A stretch of DNA of 64,000 nt from Acanthaster planci (lineage: Eukaryota), in the NCBI RefSeq assembly GCF_001949145.1, contig NW_019091357.1:3434228-3498227 (forward strand), read 5' to 3'. Shown in pieces: positions 48,021 through 61,000 of this stretch. Made by a program: the position numbers and the translations under genes. The notes beneath the pieces are model-generated. The model searched no databases. It saw only the letters and a list, made by a program, of their open reading frames with translations, and was not told the origin of the DNA. The first letter of the stretch is position 1; each line of letters starts with the position of its first letter.

Positions 48021-48600
48021 GGTTATGTCCCCCCCGGTGATTCACCACAGTACAGAGCTGGCTACGATTAAATATCCTTTGCCATCAGACTTCAAGACAC
48101 TTCTGTGCAGAAACGTATATGAATAATGAAGTACAATATGATGGAAAATCATTCACAAAGTACAAATGGTGGGCATGATCGGTCAACCTGCATGAGTGCT
48201 TGCTCTTTGCATGACCTGTTGATTGTATTGTGCAATATATATGCCAATAATTGCCTTTTCTACTTCATAATTGTGTTTCAAAAAGGGAAGTGAAGTTGGA
48301 GATTTCACACAAGATTGACCCATTGTGCAGAGCTATCAACAAATGCTTTTAAAGATCTGCTTATTCCGCATGTCCAGCCCAAAAATTACAGAGTACCGGA
48401 ATGGCATCAAGCCCAACGTATGCACTGGGTGTGCTATTGGTTGATCCTGTAGGAATATTATGAAATCTGACGATCCCATTGCCTATGATTATGAACCATT
48501 TTGGTATTTCAGTAGCCTAGGGTAGCGCATACTCAAAATGAAGCAACTTGTGGTTCACTGAAAAACATCAATACCCAAGCTGAGCATATGGTTGCGCTTA

Positions 48601-49229
48601 GCCCCACACGTAGGGCTGTAGTGGCTCTCTTTTACAATCTGTCTCTTTTCTGTTGCCACCGCAGCCCTACTTCAAGGCATGTCTTAAATGCCTGAAATCC
48701 AAACTGCAGGATTGTCACAAACTTTGAATCCTAATATCTTCCGAAATGAGAATGACTCGACAATAATACTGACACCGGCGTATTCCTCAGAGTTTGGACT
48801 TTTATGTGAGCACCCTAAAGCTTTCCAAAACCGTATATTTTCCATACCAGTTTTGTATGGTACAACCTATACCATAGCGCCTGTCGGGTGCCTTGAAATC
48901 TGACGCAAGAAGCGCTGCTTTCGTTTTTTAAAATGGCGCCGCCCATGGTCAGCATATAAATATCACACTTTTCACAGGCCCAGTTTTCAAGGCGCCATAC
49001 ATCGGAAAATATACGGTTTTGGAAAGCTTTAGAGTGCTCACATAAAAGTCCAAACTCCGACGAATACGCCAGTGTCATTCTCATTTTGGAAGATATTAGG
49101 ATTCAAAGTTTGTGACAATCCTGCAGTTTGGATTTCAGGCATTTAAGACATGCCTTGAAGTAGGGCTGCGGTGGCAACAGAAAAGAGACAGATTGTAAAA
49201 GAGAGCCACTGCAGCCCTACGTGTGGGGC
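48601..49229. mobile_element. Foldback-type MITE with ~230-240-bp terminal inverted repeats
   Basis: 48601-48843 is the near-exact reverse complement of 49004-49229 apart from a short indel; ~160-bp spacer. Confidence 0.9.
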
Positions 49230-49649
49230 CAGGTTTTGCTCTACTAGTACTATACTATGCTCAAAAACGAGATTGCACACTTCAGTTGCAACCTTCAAGT
49301 TGGAAGCTTCAAAAGCTAACCTATGTAGGCCTATGTTATTTTTAACCATCTATGTGACATGATGATCACCTGACAATGACGAGCCCGACTATACTTTAGT
49401 AATAGTACAGACCCCCTGCAAAAGACGTCAAGTTAGAGGGCGTTTCTTTCTTCCTCTAAAATAGGCTCCAGCAAACATTAAATTTGTGCATTCATTGTCA
49501 TAAATCTAAATAACAAAACATGTTCTCTGGGAGGGCGCTCCACGCAGGCCCTCTGTTTAGGTCTACCGGCGGTGGCTGACCCAACATCATGCATTAGTCT
49601 AGAACATACATTACTAGTCGCGAAGATGTCTACGACATAAAAGCCAGGG

Positions 49650-50340
49650 TCATTCACCAACCTCAAAACCTTCGCTAGTGTAATTTTTCTCTCTCTTCCA
49701 CTGCAGCTACTAAATCGGTTTTTCGTTTGTTCAACCTCTCTAAAACTAGGAGAGCAGATGTTTTCAAAACTTTTGTAAAGAATAGATCTCAAACACGGAA
49801 GGCAGACAAAACACTGTGACGCGTGAAGTCAGTTATCTGACTCACATTATAGTACCAATGCGTGAACAGGGAACTAGACCTTTACAACATGTCATGTGAC
49901 CAAATACAGATTGACCTCTGAAGGTGAAAGGTTGCACAGAAAGTTCGTAGCTAAGGACTTTTTACTTACGCCAATGAGAAAACCAATCCGCCTCTCCTAT
50001 AAAGTAATTGTCTCAGAATTGTTCTGCGTAGTTTTGGAAAGATGTTTAATGACAAAAAGGAGTCAGAGAGCATATTTAGAACCTTTTGTTTGGAAAATTA
50101 GGATGAAAAGAACACAATCTTTTAATGTAGTAAATATCTATTTTCTACTGAAGATTTCGAACACATGGGGATTTAGGGTTGTGAAGTTGCCCACCGACGT
50201 GTGGCGCCGTATAGCAAGCTGTATGTGATCAAAACAGAAATCCGCGAGTACAGTGCACAATACAGTGGGCATTTGAGGGTCGATTTGAGTGCAATTGATC
50301 TTCTAACGACGTTTAAGTCCAAAATTGAACCAAAAGCAGC
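49650..50340. promoter_or_regulatory. Candidate bidirectional promoter (syntaxin / CFAP95)
   Basis: Head-to-head genes (ATGs 48020 and 50341). The syntaxin ATG exon has an acceptor at ~48103, so it needs an upstream exon. CCAAT at ~49855, 49971 and 49983. Confidence 0.45.
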
Positions 50341-53300
50341 ATGAGTGCTAACTTGAGTTTGCCAGACTTTGTAGAGCGCAAAGGCTCTTTGTTTTTACGC
50401 TCCGATCACATGGATTACAGCCGTCCAACCCTGAACTCAAATTGGTAAGATTCAGCCGTAGGCATGGAAGGGGCCTTGGAGACCCTGCCGGTACTGCCAG
50501 CATTGACCAGGGCCCCTTTAACGCGTTCAATTTAATTTTGCTCAAAAGCATTTTAGTGAGATTTTCTGTTGAAAAAATTACCAGAACATGGTGCACCTAT
50601 CTTCAGTTCGAACTTCACTTTAGGCTTGAAGTGAATTAGCCTAGGCCTAGGTGCAAGGACCCTCAGAACTGTGGGGTCCCGCGACGGACGTCGAAACCCA
50701 CAGTTCTGGGGGTAAGACCTAGGACCATGGTTAGGCTATGTTGATGTTATGCCTTAGGCCTATTATTGTTATCAATCATTTCTGGTAATGACACCAGGGA
50801 TTCCTCAAAAGTGCCCTTGGCACTAAGCTCGCAAGCCTGAAGAAACCTGTAGAGAGGAGACAATGAGAAGCAGTTACAGTTTTTCAGAGGTGGGAGGAAA
50901 ACCCCGGAGGAATATTCTGGGTAGGAAGGTAGGGACTGAAAATCCGATCCACCTGTGGAACGGGCCAGGATTCGAACCCAGACCGCAAAGGTGGAAGACG
51001 AGGAAAGAACCACTATGCCAACCTGACTCCCCAAACTACATGTACATGTATGCCTATGTAACAAAAGTTACATGAATCTGTTCAGGCCAAACTTGACAAA
51101 ATTTAAAAGTAAAAGTGAGGAAATCAGTCAGTATGGTCAAGCAACTGTGCAGAGTTTGCGTGATAATGCGGAGCGATCCATTGCACCCTACATTCGTGTA
51201 TGTGGGCCTACCAGTACATGTACTCTCAAAGATTGAACAGAATTTGTAAACAAAAATTTCAGATTTTCCAAATTTTCGTGTCAGAAAAAAAATTCCCTGA
51301 CCAAAGATATGGCCAGTATACGGTGTTTGTAGTGATTAGACATTGATTTGTACATGTATAATTTGCAGAGTCATTGCTAAACAGGTCTGTATGTAATGCG
51401 TACATGCACAACAACTTGACTTCCCACTGAAAATGAACACGGCCAATTTTCCCTTCACAACAGGCACCAGGCCAGGGAAGCAGAACCCAAAGACTACGAT
51501 ATCAACAATGAATCAGAGAAGAAAGACCTCCATCGAACCACCTACAGGAGAATTGGAAACATTACAGATGGAGTAAGAGTACTGAGGATGATTTTCCCCG
51601 TAAACTTTCTAGCTCTCCAAACACCGGTGGTCATTCCTTTTCTCCCAACTTACATGCTATTTTCCCTTTCCAGTTTAATATCAATTTATTGCTCATGCTT
51701 CCAGCTGAAAGTCGAAATCATTTTTAAGCGCTGTGATTTGGTCCTCGCAAAGTCCCCAAACAAAATGTGCAGCACAGAACAAGAAAAGGTTGTTTTTACT
51801 GAGTTTACACTTATGAATTGTTTCTCACCCTCCTCTCCCCGCAAGGGCTGCCTTGCCAAAGATGTGGATCTCGCCTGTACTAGATGCATAAGAATATAGC
51901 ACAGCTTGACCCTAAAAATATACACATGTGTAAGGAATACGCATCTTTATGTAAAAAAAAGTACACATACAGTGTATACATGTAAAAAATTGCAACACGA
52001 TTGTCTCTCGGACTAAACAGTTGAGCCAAAGTTCTTCTGCAAGTACAGCTACCTGGACATCAATTTGGCAGTACTGCTGCACTCCAAAAATCCCCTATTC
52101 TTCTGTGCCCCCCCCGCCTCTGTTCTCTTACTTCAGTCTGCTTGATTGACTTGGGAAAAGAGTTGACAACCCTGATCATGTAACAGCTCTCCCCAAAAGG
52201 CATTTCAAAACAAGATTGTGATTGTTAATTTGGAACTTCTCCGTAGCAAGAGTTGATTTCCAACCTTCTCAGCTAAGCACATTAACATAATAATAATAAC
52301 AAAAAGGAACATTTACATTGTGCAGATGCTATACAAAAATAGTCAACTGCACATAACAATACCCATCACTAGCAGAGATGAAAATCAGGTGTTGGAAAAA
52401 GCTTCATGAAAGAGATGAGTTTTTAGAACAATCTTGAATGTGTGGACAGATTTAGCATGTCTTACATGAAAGGGCAGGTAGTTCCAAAACCTAAGAGCAG
52501 CACAAATACATGCACGGTCTCCAAAAGTTGCCTTAGCTCTACTATAGGGATGACAATGACTACACAATGTATGCAAATGGGTCCAGCCATTGATTGGTGA
52601 CATCTTTGATACCTAATGCACATACAGGGCCGAAAATTCACTGAAATAGGTATAAAGTTTACAGTTCTACTCACAGGTAAATGATCCCAGCTACATAATT
52701 GAGCACCCTATCATACCCGTATGTACTGCATACCATATTTCAGCTTAATGTTTCTAAGCATTACATGTATCTTGGAGTCACACACCTAGAAAAGTCAGGG
52801 TGTGCTATTGTTGCACACCTTCCATAATGGCAAAAATACTTTTGAAAGTTAAACGAGGAATATCAAGAAAACGACAAAGGACAAAAGCTCTTGTTTCTGG
52901 ACAGGTCAGCCGGTCAAAGAAGAATCACTCAAGTCTTTCACTTGAGCACACTAATTCATATGAAGCACTAAATTTGAGACCAACTGGACAAAAGAGTTCC
53001 AAATAATCATTTCGATATTCCCAGGATAGGAATTACAAAAGAAGAAATTTATTTGTTTCGGTACTGTTCAACTTGGCAACTTATATGCGTGGCCTAGAAC
53101 AAGTGTAATACAAAGTGACTAACCAGACATTACAAACACCGGACTGCCTTAATGAAAGCTGGCACACCAAATAATATCCTGAAAGATTTACGCACTCTTT
53201 GCAACTTTAAACCCAAGTGCCAATTGCAAATATCAACATTTAAATGAAACACAGACGGGACAAGGAAGGGAAAAAATGCAATGAGAACTCCAAAAAATGC

Positions 53301-56300
53301 GTTTAATAATGCCTGATAAAATACAGCCACGGTGGACTGGATTTCATGTCCTTTTTGTTTTGTATCCCAAGAATATTTGACAGGTGAAAAACAAGCCCCG
53401 ACCAATGCCTGTTTAATAGGCATTCCATTATTAAACACAAGATTGATCCTGATTTCTGAAGTTTCAAGGTTCGCCAAGCACGTTTTAATAAGGACCGGCA
53501 TCGGTACATAAATTCTCTTTTTTGGGGGGGGTAGATGTCTTCCCTTCGATCCTCGGCAATGATGGGCTGGTTTAGAGGCACGTAATACACTGGCACGGGA
53601 TCATGACGAGAAAGGCAAACTGGGTATCAATTTGCGTTCAATTAGTGGCCGATTGATTCCAGGTAGAGCAATTACCCAGACCCGTAAGCTGTCGTATCAC
53701 CGTTGGCTCGTGGCGAAGCAGAGTTAGCTTAGGCTGTGGCGGGGATGGGCTCATCAGCTCTTCAGGACTTTGGAAGTACACGTACGCAACTGACCTTTGA
53801 AGGAATGAGTCAAGTGAACCTTCAAAAGCAACAAAAGTTTATATTTCGCCAGTTCACTGAAAAGCTTCCCTTTGTCATACTGTTATGTCTTAAACTACAT
53901 GCACGGTATATTTGCCCCTACAAGTTCTATCAAAGATTTACATGTATGTATGTGGTATCCAGACAAAATCTTCTATATGCTGAGCTGTAACACTTGTGAT
54001 AACATGGAAGCCTACTGGTACTTTGTACCCAGACTCAATACATATCTGATGTAGTTTGCCACCAGTTTCTCCTGATTGCATTTGTGTGAGATGGCGGCAA
54101 GAGCAATGAGGTTTAATACAGGCACATCTCTGTTTGTGTTATGTTTGACGGGCACTTACATGTAAGCTTGTTCACGGACCTTTTTGTTCAAGGAAGTCTT
54201 CAATCTCTGCTACATCAACAATTGCGGTTCTTGAAAGACTGTGGTAATGTCTGAGCCCTGCTTTTTTTTCAAAAAAGTAAAAAATAAATACTAGATTTCT
54301 TTTAAAATGTTATATTTGGAAATTTTGACCTTTAGGTGATCACTGTCAGGCTTGCCCAGTCTGATTTATGTTACCAAAACATTTCAGTCTATTAGAAGTC
54401 GCACCCAACTTGAAATGCACACGAAAAGCAACCTGTGTGATATCTTCCCGACTGCAGAGTGTAAGTGCAGAATTCAATAAAAATTATCAATTATTTTGAC
54501 TCCATCTAAACAGAGAGAGAGAGATGTCCAGAGATCTAAAATCCTTGTCTTCATATAAAGATTAAACATCGAGGAAATGGTTGCTTTGGGGGAAATTAAA
54601 GACCCATTCAAACTACCAGCATTATTAAGGTACTCATCAGAGTAGACTGCTTGATTTAGTGTCTTCTCCGTGTTCGTGGACATTTCAATTGATTAGCCAA
54701 ATTTTCTCCAGCTCCAAATCTTTTGAGCTGTCCCCCAACATTACCTGCACTCTCTCATATCAGTTGACGCATGCCATGAGCCCCCTGTCCAATAATCTTG
54801 GACTAACAATTTTGATTTCTCCGTCCCGATCAGCCTGGTGCGCCGCAAACCGGCCAAAATCTTCCCTCTCTCTCTCTCTCTAGTCACCAAAAGATTGAAC
54901 CGAAACAATAACGTTGGGGATCTGCAGTGTGTATCTGCCAAAGGCGGCCTGAAACCCGAATCGTGACCGGCGCTGTCCAATTTGGGGCTTGTCGGCGGTC
55001 GTTAGGCAGGCACCCTTACCGAAGTTTATCGGCAGGGGATTGCTCGTCGCAAATTGTCTGAGTGGAGTTTTGAGAAAAAAATGAAGAGAAAAGAAAAGAG
55101 AAAGATGAAGAACTTGGGGGAAACAGCGCGTTTGGAGAATTAGGTCAAAAGGGTTTCTGTCAAGATACCTCATTCTAAAAACACGTTATTTCTCATTAAT
55201 CAGGCGCTGACATTTTGTTCCTTTTGCCATATCCTGGGGCCACATCTTGGATCAGAAAAAGAGGACAGATTGTGGATAACTGGGAGGGACGTTTCGTGTC
55301 AGAGTGGCAAATTTGGGGACTGTTAACTGGCCGAGTCCAAGCGAAGCATGTAAACACATCCTGCCAGGTTTAATGTAACCAGATATACACGGCGGTGTTA
55401 AACAAAGGGGAAAATTAAACCAGAGATTGTCAAATGTCAAAAGTTTGAAAAGAGAAATCTGCTGTGGCGACAAATATGAAAGGTTTTTTTTATTTAAAGC
55501 TTACTTCTACAAGTGCCGACAAAATGAAAATAAAAATGAAATTTTGAATTTACAAAATTAAATTTTGTAATTTTCACAAATGAAAGGATATTGTCAATTT
55601 GAAAACCTTACCTCCTGATCATATGTACACTATTTTGGGCTGATATCAGTTACATACAATCATTCACATTTCTGGTTGTATTACTAAAAAGTAGCAACTG
55701 GTGAGGAATTATACCACTTGTGGTTCCCCTACCTTGTTTAAACACAGACATGCAGTGTACCTGCAGGGCATGTAGCGCAGAGGCAAACAAAAGTTTATAT
55801 ATAACTCAGAAGTTGTGTCAAAAAGACTAAACATGGGATAAAAGGTAATAAAGGAAAGTTGCTGTCACACTATGAGGTCATTTTAATATACATATCATGT
55901 TTTAATTTAGGATGGGCAACCTGCGTGCATGATAACTTGTCTTGTGAGGACTTATTGGGACTTGTGAGGACCTGTGGTGGACATAAGAGTACATGTATGA
56001 TGGGTTCATCATGATTTGTGATGGACTTGAGAACAGTTGTGCTTGACTCAGTGCTCTTCTTTTTAGACTCAAATTCAGCCGGGATCATGACAGAGAAATT
56101 CAACACCAGAGTTTACCTCAACTGTGATATATGAACCAGTACATAATCACCAGGAAGTGATAGGAGAGAGAAAACTCACTTCTACAGTTACACCTGTAGG
56201 TGTTTGTTACACCTGCAGGTGTAACAGTTACACCTGCATGCACTCATTGAGAAATGCACCTTTTTTTTATTTTGCCCCCTTGCAGTCATTCCCCTTGACC

Positions 56301-58059
56301 ACCACCCAGTACTCCATGCAGCAGATCCACCTCAAGAATGACTTTGAGGAGAAAGAGACGAGAAAGCCCATGGTGAATATTGACACCTACCAAGCCGCCG
56401 ACATAGACAGGTGAGTGCTGGAAAGTCGCTGACAACTCAGGGACTTAGTGCCCCATGTACTGAGATGGGAAGTGGCGAGGATTTGGGGAGAACCAAGAAC
56501 TTGACTGTCGGGAATGTTTTCAAAATTTTGGGAATGTGTCTAAAAAGTGTTGAGACAATAACCATGGGGATTTTGCAGTAGGATCTCTGTTCGGTTGAAA
56601 TGAGCATTTCTCACATGCAGAATTCATGATTTGGTTTTTTTTAACTGTGGGTCATCAATTATACGAAGGTGATACTTTTGACCCATTTTCCCCGATGTAA
56701 GCTCTGCTCATGTCCTCTCAAGTTATTTGAAAATCTTTTGACGGAATGTTTTCATCCTTTTGTTGGAGCCACACTATCCTCTTTTGCCAGAGGAGGCAGG
56801 TAGACTTATCCCAGTCCCTCCGCTGTCATTATGGAGGCAGAAATCAGTTGATTGGCCCACCTTTCCTGTTTTTGACTGACTGAGAAAGAAGGAATGTGTA
56901 TAGAACACTTTCAGTTGAAATGTTCAAATTGTCCGGTTGTAAATGCACAGGGATACAGGACACCCAAAGACAGGTTATCAAGCTGTTCTTCCCCGCCACC
57001 ACCCTGAGCATGACAAGAGGCATCTTGAGACAACCCACAGGGCAGACTACAGACCACCGTTCCCGTACACACCTGTGCCGGTAAGTACGGTGGCCCTGAA
57101 CGGACACTGCAGAGCTTGACATGGCAAAGGCAGCTCAGAAAAGCTACCAACACAACATTATTAGAAATATAATATGACATAAATATCCTGAACCAAATCA
57201 TCAACTCCCCCCTCCAAAAAAGTAAATGCACTCCCTATGAATCCTTTCTACCTGGCCATTCCTTGAAATTTTGTGAACAAATTTGGCATTTTAAAGTGGA
57301 TGCAATAGAACTTTGCAACTCAAGTACATTTCGTTGGTTTTACCACAAGTGACGTATGGTGAATAGTTGCCGCACCACGAACTGATGTATTCTGTGTACA
57401 AAGTCTATGGATGGTACGTCACTTCGTGGTGCACCAAAACTGTCCTATACATCACTTCCTGGTGCACCCAAACTATCCTATACATCACTTCGTGGTGCAC
57501 CAAAACTATCCTATACATCACGTCCTGGTGCACCCAAACTATCCTACACATCACTTCCTGGTGCACCCAAACTATCCTATACATCACTTGGTGGTGCACC
57601 CAAACTATCCTATACATCACTTGGTGGTGCACCCAAACTATCCTATACATCACTTGGTGGTGCACCAAAACTATCCTATACATCACTTTGTGGTGCACCC
57701 AAACTATCCTATACGTCACTTCATGGTGCACCAAAACTATCCGATACATCACTTCGTGGTGCACTGAAACTATCCTATATATCACTTCATGGTGCACCAA
57801 AACTATCCTATAGGCCTACATCACTTTGTGGTGAACCCAACGATTTATTCATACCTAAATTTCCACACAGGAGCAACCACCTGATTTTCCCGATAACTCC
57901 AATGTGTTCCGGCACTGCCACAGTCAGTTTACTGACACAGCGGACTACCGGCGGTTCGGCCGCAACACCTGGCAGGATGAGAGTGGGCAGTATGCCAACT
58001 CCCAGCTGAGGCGAGACTACTTCCAGCCCACCAACACCATACCACAAATACTTGAGTAG
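50341..58059 (+). CDS. CFAP95: Cilia- and flagella-associated protein 95 (C9orf135 homologue), 218 aa, 5 exons
   Basis: Exons 50341-50444, 51464-51572, 56286-56410, 56951-57080, 57871-58059 (657 nt, GT-AG, phases compatible). Motifs PDFVERKGSLFLRSDH, WHQAREAEPKDYDI, TTYRRIG, GYQAVLPRH and CHSQFTDTADYRRFGRNTWQDESGQYANS match recalled CFAP95. Confidence 0.92.
50755..51032 (-). mobile_element. tRNA-derived SINE
   Basis: Reverse-strand A box TTGGCATAGTGG and B box GGTTCGAATCC (~50968-78); TTA-rich tail near 50761. Confidence 0.7.
52287..52545 (-). mobile_element. 3' end of an L2-clade LINE
   Basis: Translates to FGDRACICAALRFWNYLPFHVRHAKSVHTFKIVLKTHLF (L2 ORF2 C-terminal pattern GDRAF..AAP.LWN.LP...FK..LKTHLF), followed by a short UTR and (TTA)n tail. 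Confidence 0.8.
57417..57842. repeat. 33-bp minisatellite, 12 full units plus a partial unit
   Basis: Unit CATCACTTCGTGGTGCACCAAAACTATCCTATA starting at 57417 and every 33 bp to 57780; lies in the last CFAP95 intron. Confidence 0.95.
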
Positions 58060-61000
58060 AGTAGAGAGCCGTTAGCCGTCATAGTGTGGGTGGGGGTGGG
58101 CAGAGTTGGGGTTGTAAAAAGTTAGGCGGGAGGGTCACGCTGCTCACACAGAAATGTCAAAAGACAGAGATGAAAGACCTTTTTGTTCACATATCAGAAA
58201 TCAACAGGGGTGAAAATCTGCAGGTTCTCAACTTGCAGCAAATCATGAATCCAGAATAACGGGGATATTGTGGGTCATGTGACCCAGTAACCTGTTAAAA
58301 AAATTGCTGCTGGGTAGTATTTTATGAGTGGGGTTCAGATGTGGCCACACACGTACACACAACCCTTACCTTTCACTGAATCAAGGCAAAACATATAAAC
58401 TTAAATTATTTTTCTTACCATGTCTTGGTCCCTGAAAGTTGGACAAATGCCTTCTCAAGCTCTCAAGTTTCTTCCCTGCCAGAGAAAATGAATATCATGC
58501 ATTTTACACATACTTCTGCATTCAATACATACAGTGACATAACTTAATGATATTTTAGCACATCCACTGAGGAAATTGGTTTATTTGAAACAGGTAATCA
58601 CGATAGCAGTGATTTCGTCCGTTATTTTAAAATTCAAATGTCTGGGGTCTCTTTTCTTGTAAACTTCCCAGGTGCTATTTTTCTACCTTCATATTTATTA
58701 CGTTTGATGGCTAAATTTTTAACTCATGAAGTTCTTGTCGACATCAACGATTTGATAAAGTGAAAGTGGAGGAAGCAGTATCATTTTCGATGGAGATATT
58801 TTGATTTGTTTTTACTACGGATTTTGTGGGATCAGGGGGCAAAAGGGCTCAATTTCCTCTCAATCTGAATTATTTTAAACGTAATGCTTCATCAGTGTGG
58901 AACGATTTTTTTCAAATTTTCGTGTTTTTAAAGAACCACCGAAGTGTACATACTGTTGTGTAATAAATTACAATTATGTGTTGTAAATAACATTGCAGGG
59001 TTTTGAGAGCATTTATTTAAGTGTTCATGGAACATGTAGAAGCAAGAGATTTCAACGAAACGTTTGCTTACACAGCCAATGTAAATGTGAACATCGCGTA
59101 GAACGACACCAATGCCTTTCTGAGCGCGGTACGCATACATGTATTTTTGAAAGGGAATGTGTTTATATCCAACCGTTTATATCCAAAGTTCTTGCCCACT
59201 TCGCCTCTTCAGCTCGCCACGCCTCCAGAAGAGAAGGTCAACGCGGTCATACACAAACGAGATCTGCTCATAAAGTGTATTAACCAAAACTGCGCATACA
59301 CGGCGGAGAAACGGTCTCCACTAGCCACCGGATACAACGAACAACGTGACATTTCCGCCGTACAGGGCCAACCGGCCGAACAGAGCACCCTGGTGGTTCT
59401 ACTGCCGCCGCAGGCTCGCATTTATTGCCCCATTAGTATCCCTAATCCTGCTCGCTTCTCTCCGGATTAATCAAAATGCTTGCCGATCTGGTCCCCCGTT
59501 TCTGAAGGGGACCCGAGCTTCTCTGGTTAAACAAAGTGCCTCCGGTAGTTATTCGTACACATGTGACTTCTTTACGCTGGAAGAGACGGAGCGGAGACTT
59601 TGAGAGCGTGTGCTGCAGACGGAGCTTTGGGCCGCTACCGGCTGCGTATTAAGACGCAGGCTTGGGACGGGGATTCCAAACATTTTTCGCCTGGTTATTG
59701 GGGTAGCTTTACCCGCTGTGGAGACCTCCAGTCCCGTTGAGGTATGGAATTGCGCGGTAGCAAGCCAGTCACCCTCCGGGGTACATCGGCCGATCGTATC
59801 TCTCGCGGTAATACTAGCAAAATGTATACACCATGCATCAACAACACTTAATATCCAAGATTATGACACGAAGGGTTTTTGTTGGCGCAAGTGAAATTTC
59901 CGAATTACCTACGCCAAACCTGCTAGTGTTCATTGATCCATCCAGCCTGAAGGCCTCGGTCAGCTTACAGCACTCTTTGTAAGGGGAAAAAGACTTTTAA
60001 TCTGTAAAATGTGGACTGGTTGTGAATCAAATTGGAAGAGTTAATGTATCCCCCTTCTCAGAGAAACCTTGTCAGCGAAGAGTTAGCTAGTTTCTCAGAC
60101 TGCATTCCCGAACTGTCAGGAGAAAAATAGTTTAACTTACACCACACACCACTTTAGTAGGTCGCTGATGGGTCTTACAAATTATCTTTCCTTTTTGAAT
60201 AAAAACAAAATATTGCTTGGCCCGGCAGCAGAAAAATAGATGTAACCCTAAAAAGTGGGAAGGGAAAGGGTACCGGGTGTCGGGTGTGTATGTGGGGGGC
60301 GGGGGTCGACCCAGCACCCTAGCTGAAACTGCCCCACTACACCCCACTCAGCCCGAGGACTGTCAAGTTCATCTACCCCTGTCTCTCAACCGCCGTTAAA
60401 TCAGCCTTAGCCCGTTGCGGCAACAATTTCAACGTTCGTTCTCTACATCAAGGGCCGCACGGCAGTTGCACCTTTTGTTTGGGCGCGACTGTTGTAATAA
60501 GGCCCATACCGTCGAGATGCCAACTGTAATGCTGCCGAAGCGTACAAAATACAGAAATAGAGTTGCCCGACATGCGGTGTCATGCATCGATTTCATTGGA
60601 ACAGTCGTTGCCGGGGACAGTGTTTTAAGAAAGATTTTTTTGTCGGCATCTTCTGCATGGGCGACCCCCTATATAGAGAGTGCATGACCTCCCTCGCTGC
60701 ATCTCGTCTCGCCCACTCCTACCCATACGGCTCCAAACTTGAAATTGTTTGTAGGCTCCATTTTGAACCACCGCACATGCGTGTGAGCTCTCTCTCTCTT
60801 CATGTTACTTTCTTGAGGCTTCAGTAAAAAAGAGAATGAGAAGAACGTCCCATCCAATGCGGGCGGCGCGAGCTCCCAAGCGACTTGGGTGGGCGATTCC
60901 CGGGACAAATTAGTGGCTCTCCCCCGAGAGCACCGCTTCACGGCGAACACGATCTGTATTCGGGCCCATGTGTGGCTCATTTGAGAATCACAGCAGAAGA

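Noticed and set aside
57367..58009. Long ORFs in several frames (up to 200 aa, YTSLRGAPKLS repeats) and a CRISPR-like look
   Set aside because: Artefact of a stop-poor 33-bp unit inside an intron; units are contiguous with no unique spacers and there are no cas genes.
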